Source of the DNA: a virus
Taxonomy: Duplodnaviria; Caudoviricetes
Direction: 5' to 3' (one strand)
Length of the DNA stretch: 64,000 nt
Virus record (IMG/VR): IMGVR_UViG_3300009128_000006
Coordinates: 26,157-90,156 of that record
A model generated the notes under the pieces. That model was not told the DNA's origin and searched no databases. It saw only the letters and a list, made by a program, of their open reading frames with translations. Both the position numbers and the translations under genes were made by a program. This document shows, in pieces, positions 27,782-38,336 of this stretch. The first letter of the stretch is position 1. The number at the start of each line of letters is the position of its first letter.

Positions 27782-29371
27782 ATGGACTGGCAAGCCCCAA
27801 CCACCTTCGAGCGTCAGGCTGCGGCTGCAGAGCTGTGGATGGAGCTCACAGGCCGTAGCAAGCTCGCCAACACTCTTGTCGCCGATGAGGCGATGGAGAA
27901 GTGGGCCAACGTCATGCGAGTTGGCCAAGAGTTGGCGGAAGGTGGTGTCAAGGCATTGACAGGAAGTGCCAAGAAGGTACCTGCGATCCGTTCGATGCCT
28001 GCTGCGAATCGCTCACCTGTAGGGCCGTCTGGGAAGCCGCGACGACCTCCTGGGCGTCGAGGCCGTGGAGCGAGGGCCACTGTGCCGGCGCATCCAGCGG
28101 TACCACCACAGCCAGGGATCAGGGGTGCTCCGCCGCCGAAGGGTCCTGTCGGACAAACGCCTTTGCAGCAGGCCGCTGGTGGTAGTGCGCGGTCTGCTCC
28201 CACACTTCGGCCTGCCCCAGCGGCTCCTGCTCCTGCTCCGGCCCCAAGAGAGGCACCAGCCCTGACTCCCCACACGATCTCAACCCATCGCAATGTAGAC
28301 CGAGTCGCAGCACGAGTGAGGGCACGAGTCGCGGCGAAGCAGCCGGCTGCCGCTCCCAAGCCGCAACGACGTACGTTGCATGATGTCAAGAAGCAGGGTC
28401 CGTCGCAGAATGCTGTAGCTCGTGCAAAGGCGGAGGGCGCTTCGGCAGAGAGGAGTCGGGCTGCCACGGCTCGGTTGAAGCAGCGTGTACAGGCCGTCCA
28501 GTCTCGTAAGGCCGCTCCGAGTACGGATGCGGTGGTCCCTTCCATGGCGCGGCCAACAACCCCTGCAGGGGCTCCGCCTCCGGCTGCGAAGTCTACGAGG
28601 TCTCCGACGATTCAAGAGACGATCCGACAGAAGCCTGCTACTCCGACGCAACAGTCGGCACAGAAGACTCCTGAGACTACGACTCCGGCCGAAGGTGCTA
28701 CGCCGAAGACCGAAGGTGCTACGCCGAAGACCGAAGGTGCTACGCCGAAGACCGAAGGTGCTACGCCGAAGGGTGAGGCTGAGCCTTCTATGGGAGATCG
28801 TGCCAACCAGGCAGACTCCTGGCTGGGGCGTCGTGTGGATGATCTCGTAGGAGACAACCGCGGCATGGAGGAGCTCCGTGCAAAGCTCCAGACTGCAAAG
28901 ACTCCCAAAGCGAAGGCCGAGATCCAGCAGCAGATCGAGGCGGCGAACCGTGCACGCGGCCTGACTCGTGGCGTAGCCGGCACGGCGGCCGTAGGCGGAG
29001 TCGGCTCCTTCCTTCTCTCGGACAAGCAGGGGTCGGCCAAGCTCAAGGGAGGCCTGACAGGTGCGGCCCTCCTCGGAACCGGCATGGGCCTCTCGTCCTA
29101 CCGCAACTTCCGTCCAGGCCGTACCGGGAGGTCTCGGGCGCAGCTTGAGCGGGAGCATCAGCTCGCACAGATCGATGAGTTCATGAGTGATCCGTCGACC
29201 CAGAGCCTTCCTGCCGTGCATCAGATGCGGGAGAAGTACCATCGGCTCATGGCCGACATGGAACGCGAAGGGGCCAAGTCCCCGGCCTCGATGGCCGCCG
29301 CCCGCTCTGTGCCCGGCCTCCTGACAGGGGCATACCTCGGTGCGAAGTTCGGCCCGAAGCTCTTGAAGTGA
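27782..29371 (+). CDS. Head-internal low-complexity protein with Gly-zippers
   Basis: KLA/KWA leader, Pro/Ala-rich linker, C-terminal hydrophobic Gly segments. Confidence 0.55.
   Translation: MDWQAPTTFERQAAAAELWMELTGRSKLANTLVADEAMEKWANVMRVGQELAEGGVKALTGSAKKVPAIRSMPAANRSPVGPSGKPRRPPGRRGRGARATVPAHPAVPPQPGIRGAPPPKGPVGQTPLQQAAGGSARSAPTLRPAPAAPAPAPAPREAPALTPHTISTHRNVDRVAARVRARVAAKQPAAAPKPQRRTLHDVKKQGPSQNAVARAKAEGASAERSRAATARLKQRVQAVQSRKAAPSTDAVVPSMARPTTPAGAPPPAAKSTRSPTIQETIRQKPATPTQQSAQKTPETTTPAEGATPKTEGATPKTEGATPKTEGATPKGEAEPSMGDRANQADSWLGRRVDDLVGDNRGMEELRAKLQTAKTPKAKAEIQQQIEAANRARGLTRGVAGTAAVGGVGSFLLSDKQGSAKLKGGLTGAALLGTGMGLSSYRNFRPGRTGRSRAQLEREHQLAQIDEFMSDPSTQSLPAVHQMREKYHRLMADMEREGAKSPASMAAARSVPGLLTGAYLGAKFGPKLLK
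28689..28771 (+). repeat. 21-bp tandem repeat x4 (EGATPKT)
   Basis: CCGAAGGTGCTACGCCGAAG(A) repeated head to tail. Confidence 0.95.
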
Positions 29372-29375
29372 CCCC

Positions 29376-30263
29376 ATGATCACCCTTCGCAACGTGAGGG
29401 TGACCGGCTTCAGCAGGTCGTACTACGACGTGTACTGGGAGGTCGCCCCAACGACCTCCGACCTGCAAGAGTACGAGTTCTACGTCGAACGGTCTGAGGC
29501 AGAGGCCGGACCTTTCCAGGAGATTGCCGGACCGCTCATCGACCGGTTCCATCTCCGGGACAACGACGTTCCACTCATCTCCAGCATGCGGACGCTCTTC
29601 TACCGCATCAAGGTCCGGCACCCTATGTCGGGCAAGGTGGAGTACTCCGAGACCGTAGATAGGTGGGGCCAGGCACCGCTCATCGCGCAGGAGATCATCC
29701 GCCTCGAGACTCTCCTCTTCCAGGAGTTCAATGGCCGTACCTGTTGGACATTTCCCAGGCGAACCTTTGGGCAGCGATGCCCTCAGTGCTGGGATCACGT
29801 CATGCAGAAGTGTCGTGATGACCAGTGTCCTACATGCTTCAAGACAGGGTTCTCCGGCGGGTACCACTACCCGGTACAGTTCTTTGGACAGATCGATGAG
29901 GCAGAGCTCCAATCAGAGATCACGCTCCATGATCACCATGCGCAGAAGCACTTCCGTCTTCGGTGTCCAGCTTCTCCGGAACTGAAGCCCGATGACCTTC
30001 TTATCGACTACAAGAACCGACGTATGAAGGCTGTCAAGATCGGAGGCACCTCTCATCTTGGGGTCCGTGTACGGCAGGAAATCACCCTTGTGCTTCTACA
30101 GCCAGGCAGTATCGAGGATGCAGTGCCTTTGAAGGTCGATGCGGAGACGCTACAGACTGTAGGGTGGCGGAACTACATCAATCCCCACAACGTGGAAGCA
30201 ATCACGCAAGGACCGTTCGACGACGGTATGGATTTCCTCCTCGGAAGGTTCGGACACCGATGA
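29376..30263 (+). CDS. Neck/head-closure protein with Ig-like N-terminus and Zn ribbon
   Basis: CPQCWD...CPTCFKTGFSGGY; context. Confidence 0.55.
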   Translation: MITLRNVRVTGFSRSYYDVYWEVAPTTSDLQEYEFYVERSEAEAGPFQEIAGPLIDRFHLRDNDVPLISSMRTLFYRIKVRHPMSGKVEYSETVDRWGQAPLIAQEIIRLETLLFQEFNGRTCWTFPRRTFGQRCPQCWDHVMQKCRDDQCPTCFKTGFSGGYHYPVQFFGQIDEAELQSEITLHDHHAQKHFRLRCPASPELKPDDLLIDYKNRRMKAVKIGGTSHLGVRVRQEITLVLLQPGSIEDAVPLKVDAETLQTVGWRNYINPHNVEAITQGPFDDGMDFLLGRFGHR

Positions 30264-30646
30264 CCCAGCGACAGGAAACCAGAGACCTCAGTACGGTTCC
30301 GTGGAAGACTCTGGCCGGGAACATCCTGGGTGTGACCGGTGCTCACGCTCTTGGGTACGCATCGGCAGGAGCCCTCGCCAATGTCTATGCCCGCTCCCGC
30401 TTCGGCCGTAAGTTCAGGCAGCTCCCGCCTGCCCGTCAGCAGCGAATCATGCAGTCCTTCGTCAGCCTGGCAGGCACCGGAGCGACGATGGCAGGAACCC
30501 TTGCCTCGTATGCGGGGAAGATGCGGACTGCCGAAGAGCAGGCACGTCTTCAAGAGCTGAAGCGTCTTCAAGGCTTGAAGGAGCAGGGAAGCCCGAAGGT
30601 GGCGAGTGTCGCGGAGGCGTACATCTATGCGCTGAAGCGCTTGTAG
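30260..30646 (+). CDS. Small hydrophobic virion protein
   Basis: ATGA overlap; two Gly/Ala helices; KVAS near C-terminus. Confidence 0.5.
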   Translation: MTQRQETRDLSTVPWKTLAGNILGVTGAHALGYASAGALANVYARSRFGRKFRQLPPARQQRIMQSFVSLAGTGATMAGTLASYAGKMRTAEEQARLQELKRLQGLKEQGSPKVASVAEAYIYALKRL

Positions 30647-30655
30647 GAGGCGTCC

Positions 30656-31450
30656 ATGAGTGAGGTGAAGGTACGCCGCCGTCAGATCTCCGTTGAGCGG
30701 GAAGACAACCCGATCATCTATGCCCAGCGGCTCTACGTTCAGTTCCTGCAAGGGCTTTTCAACTTCAACGCTACAGGCTGCCTTCATTGGGAGCCGGATC
30801 TCGACGCTACGGAGATCGTCATCAGGGCTGAAGCTCCTCTTGACATGAAGGTCGTAGGGAAGCGTCCGGCCATCACTGTCGTGATGGGCCCTTACCAGTT
30901 CGCGAACCTGGGCATCGACAACATGATGTACCTGCAGCCGCTCACAGAGCGACAGGTACGGTCAGACCTCATCAATGGTCATCTGGTCGTGTACTGCCTG
31001 GCCGAGAACGATCAGGTCGCGCAGTGGATTGCTCACATGGTGATCCACGGAACACGGGTCAACCAGCGGCTCCTGGAAGGTCGTGGCGGCTTCCACCAGA
31101 TTGCACGCCCCGCGCCTTCGGCAAACTCACCAAGCCCTCCAGGAGCGCTGGTACCCGGTGACCATCATGGACTGGTCATGGTCCAGGTGAACATCCCTTA
31201 CAGCTTCCAATGGACATGGTCCACCGAGCCGAAATCTCCCTCCTCGGCTATGGACTTGGAGATGGTCACCAAGGAACGTCGTGCATCGGACTATGAGTAT
31301 CCTTCTCCGCAGACCTTGAAGAGGGTACACTTGTCCATGTCGACTACCGACGTTCTGGTGCGCCGAGTGGGCACTACGGTGACTTCTACAGTCGCTGAGG
31401 GTGTGGAGGGGCTTCAAGCCGTGATAGCTTCAAAGAGCACGAGCGAATAG
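30656..31450 (+). CDS. Tail terminator/completion protein
   Basis: KRPAITVVMGP pattern; immediately before sheath. Confidence 0.5.
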   Translation: MSEVKVRRRQISVEREDNPIIYAQRLYVQFLQGLFNFNATGCLHWEPDLDATEIVIRAEAPLDMKVVGKRPAITVVMGPYQFANLGIDNMMYLQPLTERQVRSDLINGHLVVYCLAENDQVAQWIAHMVIHGTRVNQRLLEGRGGFHQIARPAPSANSPSPPGALVPGDHHGLVMVQVNIPYSFQWTWSTEPKSPSSAMDLEMVTKERRASDYEYPSPQTLKRVHLSMSTTDVLVRRVGTTVTSTVAEGVEGLQAVIASKSTSE

Positions 31451-31459
31451 GAGTCCAGT

Positions 31460-34400
31460 ATGGCTTCGGAGAACAGGCCAGGCGTCGAGGTCGAGCAGAA
31501 GATCGCGTCGACTTCCACCGTAGTCGCGGCTCCCGATCTGGTGCCGCTGGTGGTTGGCGTTTGCCATCAGATCATCGAGGCCCTGGACAGCGACGGTGCT
31601 CTGAACTCCGACGCGAAGTACTCTGCCGAGCAGTACAACCAGGCGTCTCTCGCGATCCCGCAGGCAGACCTGCCGGACCCACGCGACAACATCGACGAGC
31701 TTGAAGTCGATGAGGGCGAGGTCAACGGGTACCTCTACTTCGGCGGTACTCTGACGAAGCTCGATCGCGGGAGCAACGGCACAACGGGCTCTGCATTCCT
31801 CAAGCTCGCCAATCTCTCGACGCGTGCGGCCATCCGAAGTACGCTCGACATCTCGGCCGGGCTCACCTTCTCCTCTACGGGTGATGCCTTCAACTTCTAC
31901 CTCGACGTGGTGAACACGAGTTCGTCCACCGCAGTGCCTGTCGAGGTGGAGCTCTCAGGCTCGATGACCGCGGACGCGATCGTGGACGCGATCAACACCG
32001 CTGCCGGTGCCGACGTCGCAGAGCTCATCGACGATACCTACCTCCAGATCTCCTCGCAGACCTACGGGGCAGTGTCCTCGGTCACCCTCCAGGCCAACAA
32101 CGCTGGAACTCTCATCCTCTTCCAGACGGCAACCTTCACCAACACGGTGGAGTACCGTGTCGAGGGCTCAGGCTTCGTCGGCCAGGACGACGAGGACGGG
32201 GACACCTACACTCCTTGGATCGAGTTCTTCCGCGGCGGCTACTTCGAGGACGGTGCCGACACGACCTTCCCGGTCACAGGAACTACGACGCCCAGCACCA
32301 CTGATGAGGTGTGGGGTGGTCTCATCGACCAGGATGACACGTTCTCCCCGGCCAAGGCAGCTGCCTTGGTCTACACCGGAACGAGTGCGGATGTGCCGCT
32401 GCAGGCCGCCACGACTTCTGTGCCGGGCGACCAGCTCTGGGCCAGTGGTGTCCAGGTCGGTGATGGAGAGATCATCAAGGTCGAGCAGTCCCGCTTCAAG
32501 ATCGGGAAGCTCTCCACGACCAACTCCACCTTCGATGATGATGGTGTGCCGACGGTGCGTGTCTACGACACCATCGAGGTGGCGACCTTGCTACACGGTA
32601 CTCCGTGGGCTCCGAAGTACGCCTACTTCGTAGCGGATGGTCTGGTCTTCGGAGAGATCACTCCCGAAGGTGAGGCCGCATCGGTCACAGGCTCGGAGAC
32701 GGGTCTGGACGAGCGGAGCGCTTATGTGGTGTCGGGTTCCGACATCTCCTTCCCCCTTTCTGCCGGAGGCCTCACGCTCGAGTTTGCCGTGACGGAGGAT
32801 GGAGAGGCTGGCGATACCGTCACCTACACGTTCACCTCTACGTTCACTGACATCGGGGAGCTGGTTTCAGAGCTGGGCGATGCGGACGAGTTCGACCAGT
32901 TCACGGTGTCGGCTCACGGCGACTTCCGCCTGGTTCTTCAGACCACGAAGACCGGTGCCGATCAGGCCATCTCCATCAAGAGCACAGGTTCTGCCAACGG
33001 TGTCCTGGGCTTCTCGACAACGGCTGCAACGGAAGATGATGGCACGGATGTCGAGTTCGCCACACAGGCGACGGTGACGGGTGCTCGCATCTCCCTTCCG
33101 CTCGAGAGCGAGGGCAGCTCGGCTCTGGACATGGTGGTCACGGACTCGAAGGGGACTCATACCCTGAGCGCGACGGGCGTGGACCTCACCGCAGGTACGC
33201 TCGGAGCCCTCATCGCATCCATCTCGGGTGCCTTGGGCGGAGACGGTACGAGCACCGTTACCGACAACGGCATCCCAGTAGGCACGCTGTCTACTTCCGG
33301 AGATGGCGATGCGTCGGGGACCATCACCTTCACCACCACCGAGGGTGGTGCCAACGTGAGCGTCGAGATTCAGGCCATCGACGGCGATGATGGCTTCCGC
33401 CACTGCGGCTTCTTCGATGATGGCGGTGGCGAGTGGGCCCAGGTGGATGGCTCGGCCCAGGTCTTCCCTCTCGACCTCACAGGGGGCGGGGGCGGGACCG
33501 CTCTGGACTTCGAGTATCACTACGACATCGGAGGTGCGGGAAGCACGTCTCTGGGTGGGACTGTCAACTTCACGGCCGTGGATGTCGACGATCTGGCGGA
33601 GAAGCTCAACGCAGAGGCGGCCATCACCGACTACTCCGGTGAGCGGGTTGTGTGGTTCGTGGCCAACGCGGATGACTCCATCTCGATCCGTACGGTTGAA
33701 GGCGGGACCAACATCCGCATCGAGATCAATACCGGTACTCCGGTTGGTCTCACGAACGGTGCCACGGACGATGGTACGGCGGCTGACAACGCGGACGCGG
33801 ACGGCGCGGACGGCATCAAGGGAACGACTCTCGGGTTCACCCTCGATGACAATCCCTACGTCTACGAGATCATCTTCTCCAGCAACTCGCTGGCCGATGC
33901 CATCGACGACATCAACGAGCTGGTGGACGGCTCCGGCGATGTGGCCTCCGAGACCTCCAGCGCACTCACTCTGACCTCCCTGCTCGAGGGTGCGGCTTCG
34001 GCCATCACCATCGAAGAGGTCGATGGAAGCGACACGCTCGGTCTCGAAGATGCTTCGGACACCGGTGCTGGACGTCCGAACCCGGACTTCTACCAGGACG
34101 ACTCGGGTGTGGCGTACTTCGGCCCGAACATCCTGCGAAGCACGAGTACAGGGATCCCGTACTCCCTGGAGTCTGCTCTCGCCGACATCTACATCGCGTA
34201 CGAGGCTCTCCGTCTGGATGTGACTCCGTCGGCGAGCTCCCCGGCTGCTCTCGAGTTCGACAACACCTCGGACATCGAAGCCGCCATCGGTCCCATCTCG
34301 ATCAAGAACCCCCTCGCACTGGGCATGTTCTTGGCGAAGGCCAACACTCCCTCCAACTCGGTCACTGGTTTCGGTGTCGACGAGGCGACGGCTGCGGCTC

Positions 34401-35587
34401 CGATGGGTACCCTTGATGGTTGGGCACGGGCTCTGGAGTTCGCGGAGAGTCGCGAGGTCTTCTGTCTGGCTTCGCTCACGGATGACTCGTACATCCAGAG
34501 CTTGATCGGTACACACATCGGTTCGATGTCGAAGGCGACGAACCGTGGTGAGCGGATCGCGTTCATCTGGTCGGGGATTCCGACCCGCGACGTGGACACC
34601 GTGGTAGCGTCTGGCACCGATGGCGAGACCAACGGCACTGACGACAGCTTCAACCTGGATGTGAACCCGGCCTCGGATCTCATCGCCAACGGCCTGGACC
34701 CGACGGACCTGTCCTACGACGATCAGGTCTTCCTTCAGATCGTGGTGACCGATGCAGGCGCGTCGGAGCTTCGCCGGTACAGCGTCTCCATCGCCAACGG
34801 CGTGGTCCTGACCCTGCGGACTTCCTTCGATGACGACGAGAACGAGGACGGCTTCTTCACGACGGCCACCCTCGACGAGTCTCTCGAGAACGTGGATTGG
34901 ACTCTCTACATCCGCGGTGAAGAGCTCCTGATCGCCGGGAGCTCGGTGAAGGACCTCAACGCCATCGCCCAGGCCGTCGGAGATGCCGCAGAGCCCTACG
35001 GCTCTCGCCGCATCTACTACATCGCCTGCGATGATGTCGAGACCAGCATCGACGGTACGACCTTCAAGATCCCTGGCTACTACCTGTCCGCCGCGTATGC
35101 GGGCATGGCTGCAGAGCAGCTTCCGCAGCAGCCCTTCACGCACATGCCTCTGGCCGGCATCGGTCGGGTGTATGGCACCGATGACACCTTCTCTGAGGAT
35201 CAGATGGACACCATGGCCGATGGCGGCCGGTGGGTCATGGTGAACCTCGGGGGTGTGGCGGTGTCTCGGCATCAGCGGTCTACGGACAACACCTCCGTAG
35301 AGACGATGGAGTTCTCCATCACCCGTGCCCTCGACTGGCTCTCCAAGGGCCTGCGGAAGACCAACCGGGTGTTCATCGGTCGGTCGGTCATCACTCCTGG
35401 TTTCCTGGACCAGCTCACGATGTCCAACGAGGGCTTCCTCGACTATGCGGAGCAGTTGGGCGCGGTTCAGAAGGCCGATCTCACCGAGCTGCTGCAGTCT
35501 GAGGAGCGGCCGGATACGGTCTTGGCAGAGGTCGAGACCCAGCCTTCGTACCCCTGCAACAAGATCTCGATTACCGTCGTCTCCTGA
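31460..35587 (+). CDS. Contractile tail sheath protein with large insertions (1375 aa)
   Basis: N-terminal RPGVEVEQ, C-terminal EFSITRALD...YPCNKISITVV sheath signatures. Confidence 0.85.
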   Translation: MASENRPGVEVEQKIASTSTVVAAPDLVPLVVGVCHQIIEALDSDGALNSDAKYSAEQYNQASLAIPQADLPDPRDNIDELEVDEGEVNGYLYFGGTLTKLDRGSNGTTGSAFLKLANLSTRAAIRSTLDISAGLTFSSTGDAFNFYLDVVNTSSSTAVPVEVELSGSMTADAIVDAINTAAGADVAELIDDTYLQISSQTYGAVSSVTLQANNAGTLILFQTATFTNTVEYRVEGSGFVGQDDEDGDTYTPWIEFFRGGYFEDGADTTFPVTGTTTPSTTDEVWGGLIDQDDTFSPAKAAALVYTGTSADVPLQAATTSVPGDQLWASGVQVGDGEIIKVEQSRFKIGKLSTTNSTFDDDGVPTVRVYDTIEVATLLHGTPWAPKYAYFVADGLVFGEITPEGEAASVTGSETGLDERSAYVVSGSDISFPLSAGGLTLEFAVTEDGEAGDTVTYTFTSTFTDIGELVSELGDADEFDQFTVSAHGDFRLVLQTTKTGADQAISIKSTGSANGVLGFSTTAATEDDGTDVEFATQATVTGARISLPLESEGSSALDMVVTDSKGTHTLSATGVDLTAGTLGALIASISGALGGDGTSTVTDNGIPVGTLSTSGDGDASGTITFTTTEGGANVSVEIQAIDGDDGFRHCGFFDDGGGEWAQVDGSAQVFPLDLTGGGGGTALDFEYHYDIGGAGSTSLGGTVNFTAVDVDDLAEKLNAEAAITDYSGERVVWFVANADDSISIRTVEGGTNIRIEINTGTPVGLTNGATDDGTAADNADADGADGIKGTTLGFTLDDNPYVYEIIFSSNSLADAIDDINELVDGSGDVASETSSALTLTSLLEGAASAITIEEVDGSDTLGLEDASDTGAGRPNPDFYQDDSGVAYFGPNILRSTSTGIPYSLESALADIYIAYEALRLDVTPSASSPAALEFDNTSDIEAAIGPISIKNPLALGMFLAKANTPSNSVTGFGVDEATAAAPMGTLDGWARALEFAESREVFCLASLTDDSYIQSLIGTHIGSMSKATNRGERIAFIWSGIPTRDVDTVVASGTDGETNGTDDSFNLDVNPASDLIANGLDPTDLSYDDQVFLQIVVTDAGASELRRYSVSIANGVVLTLRTSFDDDENEDGFFTTATLDESLENVDWTLYIRGEELLIAGSSVKDLNAIAQAVGDAAEPYGSRRIYYIACDDVETSIDGTTFKIPGYYLSAAYAGMAAEQLPQQPFTHMPLAGIGRVYGTDDTFSEDQMDTMADGGRWVMVNLGGVAVSRHQRSTDNTSVETMEFSITRALDWLSKGLRKTNRVFIGRSVITPGFLDQLTMSNEGFLDYAEQLGAVQKADLTELLQSEERPDTVLAEVETQPSYPCNKISITVVS

Positions 35588-35605
35588 CGCTCCTGAGGAG
35601 TACTC

Positions 35606-36364
35606 ATGTCCAACTACGCCAAGGCCCTCCAGAACGTCACGGGGTTCGTGCGCCGGTGGAAGAACAACCTCGCCACCCGCATCAACCGACGTCAGGACGA
35701 CCTCATCAACTCGCTGGGTGAGGCCCTGAAGCTACTGGAGGCCCGCTCCGACAGCAACTACCCAGCGGTCACGTCCATCGATCTCAACCTGGACGATCTC
35801 TCGCTGGGTGGGACGGCGACGACGGGTCTCGTCATCACCGGTACCAACTTCGTCGGCGACGCGGACACAGCCTCAGGCTCCACCTCGGACTCTGCCGGTC
35901 AGCTTGACTTCGTGGCGAACTACCCGGGCGAGCAGACCATCACGGTCACCATCGACCTCTCGGACAATGGCGTGAGTGCCGATGTCGATGCCGGCACCGT
36001 CACGATCTCAATCGCAGGGACTGAGGATGCGGATGCGGTCATCGCTGAGATCGCCGCGCATGCCATGGCCAAGTACATGATCACGGCGACGTCTCCGGAC
36101 GGTGCGGCCCTCATCGACACGGCCGAGACGGTCTCGGTGACCAACACCACTGGTGTGGCTGACCCGGGTACGACCCCGGTCATGTACATCGGTTCTCAGA
36201 GCTTCTCCGGCTCCACTGCGGGCTTCGGTGTCACCTCTTGGTCGGACACGCAGATCGTCTTCGACATGGACCAGACGGCTCTGGGCACGGATGCGTGTCA
36301 CCACCTTCGCCTGTGGATCGACGACGTCCTGATCCTCGAGCACCTGGTCCAGTTCTCCGCCTGA
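35606..36364 (+). CDS. Virion protein (Ig/IPT-like)
   Basis: LVITGTNF and VTSWSDTQI motifs; acidic Thr-rich. Confidence 0.55.
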   Translation: MSNYAKALQNVTGFVRRWKNNLATRINRRQDDLINSLGEALKLLEARSDSNYPAVTSIDLNLDDLSLGGTATTGLVITGTNFVGDADTASGSTSDSAGQLDFVANYPGEQTITVTIDLSDNGVSADVDAGTVTISIAGTEDADAVIAEIAAHAMAKYMITATSPDGAALIDTAETVSVTNTTGVADPGTTPVMYIGSQSFSGSTAGFGVTSWSDTQIVFDMDQTALGTDACHHLRLWIDDVLILEHLVQFSA

Positions 36365-36414
36365 TGCAGGAGGCTACTGCTCCCGCCCCATCCCTCTGAC
36401 CTGAGGACCTCCAG

Positions 36415-37116
36415 ATGAGTACTCTGTCTACCTGGAGCCCGTACACCAGCCACGTCCAGGGAGGCATGGTCGACGGCCGCTACATGAACGCGGCCTACAC
36501 CCTGCTCGCTGCTGGTCCTCCGCGTCTGGCGAACGTCGGTGGTCCTTCGTTCCTGGCGGCCGCTCTGGCCGCGGGATCCTCCGCGTCGGACCAGATCGCG
36601 TACCCGTTGGGGGTCTTGCAGAACATCGCTCTCGGCCAGAGCATGAACCTCTCCCGCGTGTGGGAGATCGGTTCAGAGCGGAGCTACTGGATTCCGGGCC
36701 GTGTCATGGGACAGCTCTCGCTGTCTCGCATCATGTACCACGGACCCAGCCTACTCCGTGTCCTGTGGGCGTACTACCAGGACCTGGTCCCACCGACCGT
36801 CGTCGCTTCGGTGTTCCCAAACCTGGGTGCAGCGACCGTCGCGAACCCGCACGATGTCATCATCCCGCCGGGCTACGAGAACGTCTTCCTCAACCTGGCC
36901 TCGGACCTGTTCAAGCAGCCGGTCGGTCTGATGATGATGCTCAAGGACAACAACAAGGACACCCTCGGAGCCAACTACTTCGAGGCGGCCATGGTGCCGA
37001 ACCACAACCTCGCGACGGACGCGATGGGTGCGGTCCTTCAGGAATCCGTCGGTGTCCAGTTCGAGCGGATGATCCCTGTCGCTACCAAGGTCGTGGGCCT
37101 GGTCTCCGGGCTCTGA
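36415..37116 (+). CDS. Tail tube protein
   Basis: Downstream of sheath; WEIGSERSYWIPG and LQESVGVQFER tube-like motifs. Confidence 0.7.
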   Translation: MSTLSTWSPYTSHVQGGMVDGRYMNAAYTLLAAGPPRLANVGGPSFLAAALAAGSSASDQIAYPLGVLQNIALGQSMNLSRVWEIGSERSYWIPGRVMGQLSLSRIMYHGPSLLRVLWAYYQDLVPPTVVASVFPNLGAATVANPHDVIIPPGYENVFLNLASDLFKQPVGLMMMLKDNNKDTLGANYFEAAMVPNHNLATDAMGAVLQESVGVQFERMIPVATKVVGLVSGL

Positions 37117-37152
37117 TCGGTAGGCTGAGTCTTCTCGGGATAGGGAGGAGGT

Positions 37153-37752
37153 ATGACCTCTCTGCCTGAGTTCCAGAGCTTCGCAGAGCACGTGAAGCAG
37201 GGCATCTTCCCGTCCGTTGCTACGCCTATGGCTCCCCAAGCCATCAAGACCCTGCGGAAGGTTCACAACCCTCTGACGCAGGCTCAGGGCCGTGCAACAC
37301 AGGGTCAGGTAGCCACTGGCCTGCGTACTTCTGCAGACCAAGGGTTCGCTCGTAGAAGCATGCAGGGAACTGCACAGGCCAATGTGCGTGGCTCAGTAGC
37401 GAGTCCCACAGGAAGAGGCGGGACTTCCGCATTCGTCGCCCGCCCTTCGGCCAAGCCCATCGCCCCGCAACAGCCGAAGATCCCTGCGCCGAAGACTGCC
37501 TCGGCAGACCCTGAACTTCTCGAGGAGCTATTGAAGGTGGCGAGGATGTCGGAGCGGGACCGTCGGCATCGATACTACATGCAGAACCGTCAGCGGATCC
37601 TGCAGCAGAACCGCCAGTACCGTCAGAAGAACAAGGCATCCATCTCTCGGAAGCAGAAGAGGTACCGCAAACAGGTGACCTCTGGCATGCGGAAGCAGAA
37701 GCGGCGCATCAACACTGGAGGCCACAGCTACCAGTACGGAGGTTGGAAGTGA
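37153..37752 (+). CDS. Basic virion protein (KxA motifs)
   Basis: GGAGG RBS; KTAS, KVAR; very Arg/Lys-rich C-terminus. Confidence 0.55.
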   Translation: MTSLPEFQSFAEHVKQGIFPSVATPMAPQAIKTLRKVHNPLTQAQGRATQGQVATGLRTSADQGFARRSMQGTAQANVRGSVASPTGRGGTSAFVARPSAKPIAPQQPKIPAPKTASADPELLEELLKVARMSERDRRHRYYMQNRQRILQQNRQYRQKNKASISRKQKRYRKQVTSGMRKQKRRINTGGHSYQYGGWK

Positions 37753-38336
37753 TCCCCTTCAACGCCTCCTTTGTGCACGAGCTCTCGAAGCTCGCCTCCT
37801 CGGACCCAGGCAAAGGGTGGGAGTTCTACGGTGATGGTCGTGAGCTCATCGCCTACCAGAAGGGGAAGGCGGTCGAGGACATCGACATGACGGCCGTACG
37901 CGAAAGTGGAGGTCGCGTTCGGGTCATCATCCCGACCTCGGGCGGAGAGACACGTCTGGAGCCTCGGAAGAAACTCTTGGGGATCTTCAAGCGTTCCCCC
38001 AAGCGGGTACACGTCCCCTACGACAACTTCCGCCAGTTCGATGTCACCCCCGGTATGGATCCGGCACTGAAGTCGGAGATGTTCAAGCTCTTGTGGAAGC
38101 GACCACGTGCGGCAGGGGTATGGGCTCCGGAAGGCTCCATGGATGCCTTCGCAGAGCAAGAGCTAAAGAAGAGAGGCACTGCACTGCCTTCTTCCGTGGC
38201 CCCTGGCCTCATGAAGAACGTACGCGGAGTGAAGGTCAAAGGCCTCCCGTCCCTCCGAGGTCCTGGCCTCCCGAAGGTGGCTCCGGCTGAAGGAACCAAT
38301 CCCTTCAAGGCCAACCGACTCAAGATGAGTCAGTAG
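37749..38336 (+). CDS. Virion protein (FVHELSKLAS leader)
   Basis: GTGA overlap with upstream stop; KxA motif. Confidence 0.5.
   Translation: MIPFNASFVHELSKLASSDPGKGWEFYGDGRELIAYQKGKAVEDIDMTAVRESGGRVRVIIPTSGGETRLEPRKKLLGIFKRSPKRVHVPYDNFRQFDVTPGMDPALKSEMFKLLWKRPRAAGVWAPEGSMDAFAEQELKKRGTALPSSVAPGLMKNVRGVKVKGLPSLRGPGLPKVAPAEGTNPFKANRLKMSQ

Noticed and set aside
28689-28771. 21-bp direct repeats as a CRISPR array
   Set aside because: No spacers; in-frame tandem coding repeat inside a low-complexity protein
32867-35272. Long antisense ORFs (also 3901-5619, 14355-16055, 23670-25088, 47934-49700)
   Set aside because: Shadow frames of high-GC3 genes on the opposite strand; no protein-like features
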